Shown: piece by piece, positions 1-8,032 of the stretch
Layout of the letters: every line of letters starts with the position of its first letter
Numbering within the stretch: the stretch's first letter is position 1
Origin: Herminiimonas sp.
Lineage (GTDB): Bacteria > Pseudomonadota > Gammaproteobacteria > Burkholderiales > Burkholderiaceae_D
NCBI GenBank assembly: GCA_043753685.1
Contig: JAYUWF010000315.1
Coordinates: forward strand, 1 to 33,440
Reading direction: 5' to 3'
Length of the DNA: 33,440 nt
Translations under genes and position numbers: made by a program
Notes under the pieces: model-generated
Seen by the model: only the letters and a program-made list of their open reading frames with translations
What the model was told of the DNA's origin: nothing
Database searches by the model: none

Positions 1-1253
1 GCCTTTTCGGCCTGCCGCTGGCGCTGGTGGCGCTGCCGATCTATGTCTATGTACCGCAGTTCTATGCCGAGCGATTCAACCTGTCGCTGACCATGATCGG
101 CAGTGCATTGTTGCTGGCGCGCGTCTTCGATGCCTTCATCGACCCGGCCTTCGGGTTGTGGATCGATCGCAGCCAACATCGCGGCCCTAATCGTCTCGGT
201 TATCCGCGTTTCATCCTGCTGGCACTGCCGGCGCTGGTGATCGGATTCATTGCCTTGTTCCATCCGCCGGCATTCGCCGCCGCGCACCCCTTCGCCTGGT
301 TCCTGGCCAGCCTGTTGCTGGTATATGCAGGCTTCAGCCTGGCCACCATCGCCCATCAGAGCTGGGGCGCGGCGCTGACCCAGGCGCGTGGTGAACGGTC
401 GCGCCTGACGGCGACACGGGAAGCCTGCGGACTGGTCGGCGTCGTGATTGCCGCTGCACTGCCGAGCGTGGCCGGCATCGGCTGGTTGTCGGCGGTATTC
501 GTGGCGACCCTGCTAGTGGCTGCGGTGCTGTTGCTGACGGTTGCGCCGCGCCCGTCACCTGCCGCGCTGGCGGCGGCAACGCCGGCCGGGGAAGCGGCCG
601 GCGCCACGCTGGGCAGCCTGGCGGCGCTGCGCGAGCCGTTTCGCAATCGCCGATTCCGCTGGCTGTTCGCGGTTTTCGTGGTCAACGGCATTGCGGCCGC
701 GATTCCGGCCACGCTGTTCCTGTTCTTCGCCAAGGATGGCCTGCAACTCGGCCAATATGCCGGCCTGTTCCTGGTGCTGTATTTTTCGGCTGCCGCGATT
801 TCGCTGCCGTTGTGGGTGGCCCTGGCCAAGCGCCGCGGTGAAGCATCGGCCTGGCTGCTCTCGATGTTGCTGGCGATCGCCGCCTTCATCTGGGTCTATG
901 GTTTGTCCGCCGGCGCCGCCGTGGGCTTCGGCGCGGTCTGCGTGATGTCGGGCTTCGCGCTCGGCGCCGACCTGGCGCTGCCGCCGGCGCTGCTGGCTGC
1001 GGTAATTTCGCGCGCCGGTCACAGTGGCGCGCGTGAAGGTTCCTACTTCGGCGCCTGGAGCTGGGCCACCAAGATGAATCTGGCGCTGGCCGCCGGCGTT
1101 GCGTTGCCGCTGCTCGAGCGCCTGGGTTACGTGCCCGGCACCGCCGACGCCGGCGGCATGGAAGCGCTGCGGGTTGCCTACGCAGTGCTGCCGTGCGCAC
1201 TGAAGCTGCTGGCTGCCGCCCTGCTTTGGCGTGCGCCGCTCAATGACATTTGA
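1..1253 (+). CDS. MFS transporter, GPH/MelB-like family; 5' end truncated by the window edge
   Basis: The reading frame is already open at base 3 (LFGLPLALVALPIYVYVPQFYAERFNLSL...), so the listed start at 27 is internal. The protein is hydrophobic and multi-helical throughout. Stop at 1251-1253. Confidence 0.8.
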   Translation, partial: LFGLPLALVALPIYVYVPQFYAERFNLSLTMIGSALLLARVFDAFIDPAFGLWIDRSQHRGPNRLGYPRFILLALPALVIGFIALFHPPAFAAAHPFAWFLASLLLVYAGFSLATIAHQSWGAALTQARGERSRLTATREACGLVGVVIAAALPSVAGIGWLSAVFVATLLVAAVLLLTVAPRPSPAALAAATPAGEAAGATLGSLAALREPFRNRRFRWLFAVFVVNGIAAAIPATLFLFFAKDGLQLGQYAGLFLVLYFSAAAISLPLWVALAKRRGEASAWLLSMLLAIAAFIWVYGLSAGAAVGFGAVCVMSGFALGADLALPPALLAAVISRAGHSGAREGSYFGAWSWATKMNLALAAGVALPLLERLGYVPGTADAGGMEALRVAYAVLPCALKLLAAALLWRAPLNDI

Positions 1254-1284
1254 ATCAATCGACTGACCGAACCCGGAGAAACCC

Positions 1285-1854
1285 ATGTATTCGACCATGC
1301 ACTTGACTATCAGCCGCCTGAAATATCTGCTCCTGCTCGCCTGCCTGCCGCTGCTGGGGCTGCTGGGCGGTTGCGCCACGCCGGTCGAACCCAGCCACTA
1401 TGCAGCGGAAAAACCGCGCCTCGACCTGCGCCAGTATTTCAATGGCACGCTGGATGCCGAAGGCATGTTCCAGGATCGCGCCGGCACCGTGGTCAAGCGC
1501 TTTTCGGTGGTAATCGTCTGCAAGTGGCAGGGCGATGTCGGCACGCTCGATGAAGATTTCACCTATTCGGATGGCACCCGGCAGCGCCGGGTCTGGACCC
1601 TGACCAAGGTCGGCGTCGATCGGTACACAGGCACCGCCGCCGACGTGGTCGGCCAGGCCGAAGGCGTAGTCGCCGGCAATGCACTGCGCTGGAAATACAC
1701 GCTGGCGCTGCCGGTCGACGGCAAGGTGATCGATGTCCAGCTGGAAGACTGGATGTACCTGATGAACGATCGGATCATGCTCAACCGCGCGGTGATGAGC
1801 AAGTTCGGGTTCCATGTCGGCGACATCACCCTCTCCTTCACCAAGCGTCCATGA
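1285..1854 (+). CDS. DUF3833 family lipoprotein
   Basis: GGAGA lies 5 nt upstream of the ATG at 1285. Signal peptide with lipobox LLGGC. The body (LDLRQYFNGTLDAEGMFQDRAGTVVKRF...LRWKYTLALPVDG...MLNRAVMSKFG) matches my memory of DUF3833. Its stop overlaps the next start (ATGA). Confidence 0.8.
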   Translation: MYSTMHLTISRLKYLLLLACLPLLGLLGGCATPVEPSHYAAEKPRLDLRQYFNGTLDAEGMFQDRAGTVVKRFSVVIVCKWQGDVGTLDEDFTYSDGTRQRRVWTLTKVGVDRYTGTAADVVGQAEGVVAGNALRWKYTLALPVDGKVIDVQLEDWMYLMNDRIMLNRAVMSKFGFHVGDITLSFTKRP

Positions 1855-2621
1855 TGAATCCTGCCATCCGCGACTGGACCGGCAAGCGGGTCTGGGTCAT
1901 CGGCGCCTCCACCGGCATCGGCGCCGAGACCGCGCGCCTGTTGCTGGCCAAGGGCGCACTGGTGGCGCTGTCGGCGCGGCGAAAACCGGAGCTCGACGTC
2001 ATCGTCGGCGCCAATCCGACGGCCATGGCGGTCCCGCTCGACATCAAGGATGCAGCGACGGTACTGGCCGGGCGCGAGACGATCCTGGCGCAATGGCCGG
2101 CGATCGACCTGGTACTGGTGGTGGCAGGCGGCTACAACGAAATGCGCGCCGACCAGTTCGACCTGGCGGTCGCCAACGACCTGGTCGACCTGAACGTACG
2201 CGGTGTGTTCAACTGCCTGGCGGCGGTGCTGCCGATGCTGCTAGGGCAAGGCAACGGCGGCATCGGCATCGTCGGCTCGGTGGCCGGTTACAGCGGCTTG
2301 CCGAAAGCGTTGATCTATGGCGCCACGAAGGCGGCGATCATCAACCTGTGCGAATCGCTGTACATGGATCTGCATCCGCGCGGCATCGGCGTGTATCTGA
2401 TCAACCCGGGTTTCGTCGACACGCCGCTGACGTCGAAAAACGACTTCAAGATGCCGGCGCTGATGACGGCCGTCGATGCCGGCGCGGCGTTGGTGCGCGG
2501 CGTCGAGCGCGGTGAATTCCATATTCATTTTCCGAAGCGCTTTACCAATGCGCTGCGCTTCGCGCGACTGTTGCCGTACCGTTGGTACTTCGCGCTGATC
2601 CACAGGGTGACCGGCCTGTGA
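1851..2621 (+). CDS. SDR family oxidoreductase (short-chain dehydrogenase)
   Basis: N-terminal Rossmann motif VWVIGASTGIGAETA and catalytic YGATKAA (YxxxK). ATGA overlap with the upstream gene. Confidence 0.9.
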   Translation: MMNPAIRDWTGKRVWVIGASTGIGAETARLLLAKGALVALSARRKPELDVIVGANPTAMAVPLDIKDAATVLAGRETILAQWPAIDLVLVVAGGYNEMRADQFDLAVANDLVDLNVRGVFNCLAAVLPMLLGQGNGGIGIVGSVAGYSGLPKALIYGATKAAIINLCESLYMDLHPRGIGVYLINPGFVDTPLTSKNDFKMPALMTAVDAGAALVRGVERGEFHIHFPKRFTNALRFARLLPYRWYFALIHRVTGL

Positions 2622-3094
2622 ATCCGCTCGACAGAGCGCAACCGGCAGCTTCGTTGGCGGATCAAAACCTGGAAATGCACCTGGCGCGCGCGGTGCTGTT
2701 CTTCGAAACCCTGTCGCTCGAATCGACGCGCCGGCTCAGCACCGTCTACAGTGAAAACGCCTGGTTCAAGGACCCGTTCAATGAAGTGCGCGGCATCGAC
2801 GCCATCACGCGCTTGTTCGCGCACATGTTCGTGCAGGTCGATGCGCCCCGCTTTGTTGTGACCACCCGCATTGCCCAAGGCAACGACGCCTTCCTGACCT
2901 GGGATTTCCGGTTCCGGATGAAACGCTTTTCAACGCAAGAGCAATGCATTCGCGGCGCCACCCATTTGAGATTCGGCAGTGACGGCCGCATCGATTTTCA
3001 TCGCGACTATTGGGATGCCGCCGAAGAGCTGTACGAAAAATTACCGCTGTTGGGTGGCTTGATGCGTTTTCTGAAGCGGGCTGCACGGAAATAA
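2618..3094 (+). CDS. NTF2/SnoaL-like family protein
   Basis: About 158 aa with SnoaL-like features (YSENAWFKDPFNEVRGIDAI...FHRDYWD). The most likely start is the GTG at 2618, overlapping the SDR stop (GTGA). The track ORF start at 2582 lies inside the SDR gene. Confidence 0.75.
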   Translation: MNPLDRAQPAASLADQNLEMHLARAVLFFETLSLESTRRLSTVYSENAWFKDPFNEVRGIDAITRLFAHMFVQVDAPRFVVTTRIAQGNDAFLTWDFRFRMKRFSTQEQCIRGATHLRFGSDGRIDFHRDYWDAAEELYEKLPLLGGLMRFLKRAARK

Positions 3095-3193
3095 CGTACG
3101 CATTGGCGCTGCCAGCGACAACCAGCGCGTCGAACCTATAATGATCAGGCTACGTACACGCAACGCCCTCTTTTCATTCGCCGAAAATTGATC

Positions 3194-4039
3194 ATGCCCC
3201 TGCTGAAGATTTTTCCCTTCGATACGCGTCGCCGCGTCATCGCCCGCCTGCTCCTGTCATGCGCAGTCTTCCTGGCGTCGCTGGCACAGGCACAACAGGC
3301 GCTCAAGCTCTCGACCACCACCAGCACCGACAATTCCGGCCTGCTGACCTATCTGCTGCCACTTTTCGAGGCCACCAGTGGCCTGAAGGTACAAGTGATT
3401 TCGGTCGGCACCGGCAAGGCGCTGGAATTGGCGAAAAACGGTGATGTCGATGTCACCCTGGTGCATGCCCGCGCATCGGAAGACAGGTTCGTCGCCGCCG
3501 GCGATGGCGTCAATCGGCGCGATGTGATGTACAACGACTTCATTCTGGTCGGCCCGGCCTCGGACCCGGCCGGCATCCGCGGTGGCAAGAACGTGATCGC
3601 CGCGATGAAAAAGATCGTCGACAGCCGCGCAAGATTCATTTCGCGTGGTGATAATTCGGGTACCGACCAGATGGAAAAGGGGTACTGGAAGCAGGCCGGC
3701 AACCAACCCCAGGGCGCAGCCTATGTCGCGGCCGGACTCGGCATGGGCGAAGTGCTCAACATGGCGGCGCAACTCGATGCCTACACCCTGACCGACCGCG
3801 CCACCTACGGCGCCTACAAGGCAAAGTCCGGGTTGCTGGTGGCGGTCGAAGGCGACCCGAAGATGTTCAACCCGTACGGCATCATCGCGGTCAATCCGGC
3901 CAAGTACAAGGACATCAACTACAAGGGTGCGATGCAGTTGATCGAGTGGATCACCTCGGACGCCGGACAGAAAGCAATCGGGGATTTCCGGGTCGGCGGC
4001 CAGCAGGTGTTTTTTCCATCGGCCAGAGCGGCGCGTTGA
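3194..4039 (+). CDS. Periplasmic substrate-binding protein, TupA-like (tungstate/molybdate-type PBP2 fold)
   Basis: Signal peptide (LLLSCAVFLASLAQA). TTTS motif in LSTTTSTDNSGLL followed by GTGKALELAKNGDVDVTLVHA. ATG at 3194, two codons after the TTG at 3188. Candidate sigma70 promoter GCGACA-16 nt-TATAAT, with TATAAT at 3137-3142. Confidence 0.75.
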   Translation: MPLLKIFPFDTRRRVIARLLLSCAVFLASLAQAQQALKLSTTTSTDNSGLLTYLLPLFEATSGLKVQVISVGTGKALELAKNGDVDVTLVHARASEDRFVAAGDGVNRRDVMYNDFILVGPASDPAGIRGGKNVIAAMKKIVDSRARFISRGDNSGTDQMEKGYWKQAGNQPQGAAYVAAGLGMGEVLNMAAQLDAYTLTDRATYGAYKAKSGLLVAVEGDPKMFNPYGIIAVNPAKYKDINYKGAMQLIEWITSDAGQKAIGDFRVGGQQVFFPSARAAR

Positions 4040-4060
4040 TCGATAATCAAGAACGACCGA

Positions 4061-4825
4061 TCACCGCTGGCGCGGCGCGGTCTTGGTGGCACGGGCTGCA
4101 GCGGTCTTTGCCGCAGGCTTCTTGGCAGGCGCTGCGCCGTTTTTCACCACAGCGGTCTTGGCCGCGGATTTCGCAGCCGCTTTCGCGCTCGGGTTTGCAT
4201 CGGATCCGGCGCCCGACTTGCCCTTGGCTTCAGGCGTCAGTGCAGTGTTCACCGCTTGCTTGAACTGGTCCTGCAACATGTTCCACCAGGCTGCAGGATT
4301 GGCGACCGGCGCTGCGAATGCCGGCGTCGGTGCGGATGCAGCTTTTTCCCTGCCGGCCTTGGCCGCGCCATCTTCAGGTGGCGCGACGGCTTCCGGTGGC
4401 GCCGCCGCGATTTCGGGTGCCACTGCCCGGGGAGCTGCCGGTGGCGCTGCCGGCGCAGCACCGAACGGAAATGTGAATCCAGTGGCGGCCTTGCTGCCGG
4501 CATCGGCTGGCGGCTTGACGGCGGCGCTGAAGTTTTCGCTCATCGTCTTCAAGGTGGTGATGGTCGCGCTCTGGACTTCGAGCGCCTGGATCGTCCCGCG
4601 CAGCATGTTCATGTTCAAGGTCAGCCAGGACTCGACCGCTTTCAGGTCGGTGATCTGCTTGTTGATGTCTTCCACGGACAGGCTCGGCATGACCATGCCG
4701 GGGATGCCGATGCCCGGCGCGCCGGCGCCGTTGGACCCCATGCCGCCCCACATCTTGCGTACCAGTTCCATGCTTTCCGTGATGGCGCCGAAGCCAGGCA
4801 GGTTCGGCATTGCGGGATTGGTCAT
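4061..4825 (-). CDS. phaM: PhaM family PHA-granule-associated multifunctional regulatory protein
   Basis: GGAGA sits upstream of the ATG at 4825. The N-terminal region (ELVRKMWGGMG...ITDLKAVESWLTLNMNMLRGTIQALEVQ) resembles Ralstonia eutropha PhaM. The C-terminal Ala/Lys/Pro tail (AKAAAKSAAKTA...PAKKPAAKTAAARATK) is histone-H1-like. Confidence 0.72.
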   Translation of the reverse strand: MTNPAMPNLPGFGAITESMELVRKMWGGMGSNGAGAPGIGIPGMVMPSLSVEDINKQITDLKAVESWLTLNMNMLRGTIQALEVQSATITTLKTMSENFSAAVKPPADAGSKAATGFTFPFGAAPAAPPAAPRAVAPEIAAAPPEAVAPPEDGAAKAGREKAASAPTPAFAAPVANPAAWWNMLQDQFKQAVNTALTPEAKGKSGAGSDANPSAKAAAKSAAKTAVVKNGAAPAKKPAAKTAAARATKTAPRQR

Positions 4826-4990
4826 GTTCGTCTCCGTGGAATGTTTCGATCAAGCGTAGCAGATTAAATTGGCAATGACACGTGGAACCAGCACGGTGCT
4901 TCAATCCCGGACAATGAACCGGCGCTACGTTTGCATCGTAATGTAAGCGTGCATGCAATTCCGGCACAACGCCGTAACATCGATCCAGCG

Positions 4991-6217
4991 ATGTCATACC
5001 CACCGTGGCGCTACACTATATCAATGCTCAACCAGGCTATTTCCTCGCACTCACCCGATCCGGCGCCTGCACGGCCGCTGCGCTGGATCGCCCTGCTCGG
5101 CGCATCCGTGCTGCTGCACTGGATCGTGCTGTCGATGGCCAGCGATGGATTCGGCAGCATGGCGCCAACCAGAATGACGCCCGCGCCGGTGATGACGGCG
5201 ACGCTGCGCGCTGCGCCGGCAGTGCCCCCCGAAGCGCCGCCGGCAGCGGTGGCGGCTGCGGAAATTGCACCGGCACCGACACCACCCAAGCCGGTGCCCG
5301 CAAAACGGCCAGCGCGTCCGAAGCCGGCAACCGTCGCGTCCGTTGCAAGGCCGCCCACCGCAGATACCGACGCGCCAGCTGCCCCCGGTCCGACACCTGA
5401 GATCGCCACTGCATCGCCGCCTGATCCGACGCCCCCCGTGGCAGCCGGCGCGCCGTCCGATGTGGCGGATGCGGCTGCGACGCAGCAGGCTGCTCGGCAG
5501 GCCGCCGTGCCGCAGACCGGCGATGCTCAGAATCTGGATCGTGCGCCACGCTACACCGTCAGCCTGCCACCACCGGTGACCCTAGAATACGAAGTCCGCT
5601 ATGCGACGCGCGGCAACATCACCCGTGGCAGCAGCAAGATCGACTGGCAGCCCGGCGAGGGAGGCTATGCGATCCGCGGCGAAGTCACCAAGTTCGGTTT
5701 TGCGCTGTCGTCCTTCCGCAGCGAAGGCGCGATCGACGACGCCGGCATCGCACCGACCCTGTATGCAGAAAAGAATGCGCGCCGTTCCGAGACCAATACC
5801 CACTTCCAGCGCAGGGCCGGCCCGATCATCAGTTTTTCGGCCGCCACCGATACCTTCCCGTTGCTGACCGGCGCACAGGATCGTGCCAGCATCCTGTGGC
5901 AGCTTTCGGGCATCGCACGGGGCGACCGCCAGGCATTCGTGCCGGGCGCCGTGCTGGATGTGTTCGTGGCGGGTGTGCGCGATGCCGAGCACTGGCTGAT
6001 CAAGATCATTGGCGAAGAAGCCGTCACCCTCGACACCGGCGAAGCCCGCGCCTGGCACCTGGTGCGCACGCCGCGCGCCGGCAGCTACGACAAGCGCATC
6101 GATATCTGGCTCGCACCCGAACAGCAGTGGTATCCGGTAAAGTTGCGCTATACGGAAGTCAATGGCGATTATCTCGATCTCTCGCTGTCCGCACTGCACC
6201 AGCCTGGCGCTCGCTGA
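4991..6217 (+). CDS. Membrane-anchored DUF3108 domain protein with a long Pro/Ala-rich linker
   Basis: One N-terminal TM helix (LRWIALLGASVLLHWIVLSMA), then an Ala/Pro-rich low-complexity region at about 5170-5550, then a C-terminal DUF3108-like domain (YEVRYATRG...QDRASILWQL...RIDIWLAPEQQWYPVKLRY). Start is uncertain (ATG at 4991 or 5024). Confidence 0.8.
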   Translation: MSYPPWRYTISMLNQAISSHSPDPAPARPLRWIALLGASVLLHWIVLSMASDGFGSMAPTRMTPAPVMTATLRAAPAVPPEAPPAAVAAAEIAPAPTPPKPVPAKRPARPKPATVASVARPPTADTDAPAAPGPTPEIATASPPDPTPPVAAGAPSDVADAAATQQAARQAAVPQTGDAQNLDRAPRYTVSLPPPVTLEYEVRYATRGNITRGSSKIDWQPGEGGYAIRGEVTKFGFALSSFRSEGAIDDAGIAPTLYAEKNARRSETNTHFQRRAGPIISFSAATDTFPLLTGAQDRASILWQLSGIARGDRQAFVPGAVLDVFVAGVRDAEHWLIKIIGEEAVTLDTGEARAWHLVRTPRAGSYDKRIDIWLAPEQQWYPVKLRYTEVNGDYLDLSLSALHQPGAR

Positions 6218-6302
6218 AAGCGCGATGCCATATGTCAAAGCGCGCCACATCACGACTTCAGTCACCCACCCACTTCCATCGCGCGCAAGCGCAAAGGGTT
6301 CC

Positions 6303-7127
6303 ATGAATACACCAAGCGGGCGGCGGTCGACTGGACTGCACTCCTTCACCAAGCGCCGCCAATTCAAGACGAGTGCAGCGCATCTGTTCAATGCAATCGT
6401 CGCATTGGCAGCGATTTCAATCGTGACGCCGACCGCGATCGCGGCGGCCGAACAACCGGCCGCCATACTCCGGAAAATCAGCCTGCCGCCCTCGGCCGAG
6501 CTGCACTACCGCATCAAGGCAAAACAGAGCGGTCTGACCATCGACGGCGATGGCCAGGTCCATTGGGAAGCGGGTGGCGGCAAGTTCTCTGTCAGCAGCG
6601 AATCGCGCGCGGGGATTTTCGGCAAGGTGCTGGAAGCGAAGACCGTGGGTGAGCTCGACCAGTTCGGCCTGGCGCCGACCAGCTTCGAGGACAAGCGCTT
6701 TCGCAAGCCCACAACTCTCACCACCTTCGACCGTCAGGCAAAATCGATCAGCTTCAGCACCGCGCCGGTGACCTATCCGATCAAGGGTGGCGAACAGGAT
6801 CGCAACAGCGTGATCTGGCAATTGATCGCGGTGGCGCGCGGCGCCGGCGCGGCATTCAAACAGGGCAGCGAGTGGATCTTCTTTGTCGCCGGCCAGCGCG
6901 ATGCGGAGCCATGGAGCTTCAAGGTCGGCCCGAGCGAAAAGATCCGTACCGCGCTGGGCGAACTGAATGCCGTCCACATCGTGCGGGCGCCGCCGCCGGA
7001 CGCCAAGGGACAGCGCCTCGACATCTGGCTGGCGCCGAGCCTGGAATGGTATCCGGCGCGCCTGCGCTTTACCGATCCGGACGATGAATTCGTCGAGCAG
7101 ACGCTGGATTCGATCACGAAAAAATAA
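6303..7127 (+). CDS. Secreted DUF3108 domain protein (paralog of the upstream gene)
   Basis: Signal-like segment LFNAIVALAAISIVTPTAIAAA. The DUF3108-like body is collinear with the upstream gene (LHYRIKAKQSG...QDRNSVIWQL...RLDIWLAPSLEWYPARLRF). Alternative start at the ATG at 6225. Confidence 0.8.
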   Translation: MNTPSGRRSTGLHSFTKRRQFKTSAAHLFNAIVALAAISIVTPTAIAAAEQPAAILRKISLPPSAELHYRIKAKQSGLTIDGDGQVHWEAGGGKFSVSSESRAGIFGKVLEAKTVGELDQFGLAPTSFEDKRFRKPTTLTTFDRQAKSISFSTAPVTYPIKGGEQDRNSVIWQLIAVARGAGAAFKQGSEWIFFVAGQRDAEPWSFKVGPSEKIRTALGELNAVHIVRAPPPDAKGQRLDIWLAPSLEWYPARLRFTDPDDEFVEQTLDSITKK

Positions 7128-7172
7128 TCAGCGCTGCAGCCGGCTTCAAGCACTGAGCAAAAGGAAAACTAC

Positions 7173-7877
7173 ATGACATTCCCGAATCGCGCGCTGGTCC
7201 TGTTTTCTGGCGGCCAGGATTCCACCACTTGCCTGGCCTGGGCCCTGGCGCGCTATGCGCACGTCGAGACCATCGGCTTCGATTACGGACAGCGCCATGC
7301 CATCGAACTTGCGGTGCGCGCACCGGTGCTGGAAAAGATCGTCGCGATCGACCCGGCCTGGAAAGCCCGGCTCGGCGAAGACCACCTGATCGACCTGTCC
7401 CTGCTCGGCCGGATATCGGAGACGTCCCTGACACGCGACGTCGACATCGCTTTCCAGGAAAACGGTTTGCCGAACACCTTCGTCCCCGGTCGCAACCTGA
7501 TGTTCATGATGGTGGCGGCGACGCTGGCCTACCGGCGTGGCCTGGATGTGCTGGTGGGCGGCATGTGCGAGACCGATTTTTCCGGTTATCCCGATTGCCG
7601 CGACGACAGCATGAAGGCGCTGCAGGTGGCGCTGAACCTGGGCATGGCCACGCGTCTGAAGCTGGAAACGCCGCTGATGTGGATCGACAAGGCGGCAACG
7701 TGGCGTTTGGCACAGGATCTGGGTGGCGCGGCGCTGGTGGAGCTGATCCGCAGCGATACGCATACCTGTTACCTGGGTGAGCGTGGCGTATTGCATGCGT
7801 GGGGACATGGCTGCGGTACCTGTCCGGCGTGTGCGCTGCGGGCGCGCGGTCACGAAGCCTTCATGGCCGCGGCCTGA
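7173..7877 (+). CDS. queC: 7-cyano-7-deazaguanine synthase
   Basis: PP-loop [19 protein letters not shown], and the C-terminal Zn-Cys cluster CYLG...[16 protein letters not shown] sits upstream of the ATG. Confidence 0.95.
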   Translation: MTFPNRALVLFSGGQDSTTCLAWALARYAHVETIGFDYGQRHAIELAVRAPVLEKIVAIDPAWKARLGEDHLIDLSLLGRISETSLTRDVDIAFQENGLPNTFVPGRNLMFMMVAATLAYRRGLDVLVGGMCETDFSGYPDCRDDSMKALQVALNLGMATRLKLETPLMWIDKAATWRLAQDLGGAALVELIRSDTHTCYLGERGVLHAWGHGCGTCPACALRARGHEAFMAAA

Positions 7878-8032
7878 AATAGCAAAAAGCGCAATTCAGG
7901 GAATACTAAATGTTTCTTTTAAGATAATATCCGGCTGCGTGTCGCTGAAAGTTGCTCTTTCATCGATTTAAAACCGATGCATCGAAGAACAGACAGTGCC
8001 ACCGCTCACAGATCAACGACACGGTCCTACCC

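Noticed and set aside
4037-4063. A 6-bp inverted repeat (tgatcg...cgatca) containing both convergent stop codons of the TupA-like gene and phaM.
   Set aside because: The stem is too short and the loop too large to call a terminator. It may be coincidental.
7128-7172. A possible preQ1 riboswitch upstream of queC. The tail AAAAGGAAAACUAC superficially resembles the A-rich preQ1-I tail.
   Set aside because: Only 45 nt are available. I cannot form the required short P1 stem with a C-containing loop, and the A-rich stretch is adequately explained as the ribosome-binding site.
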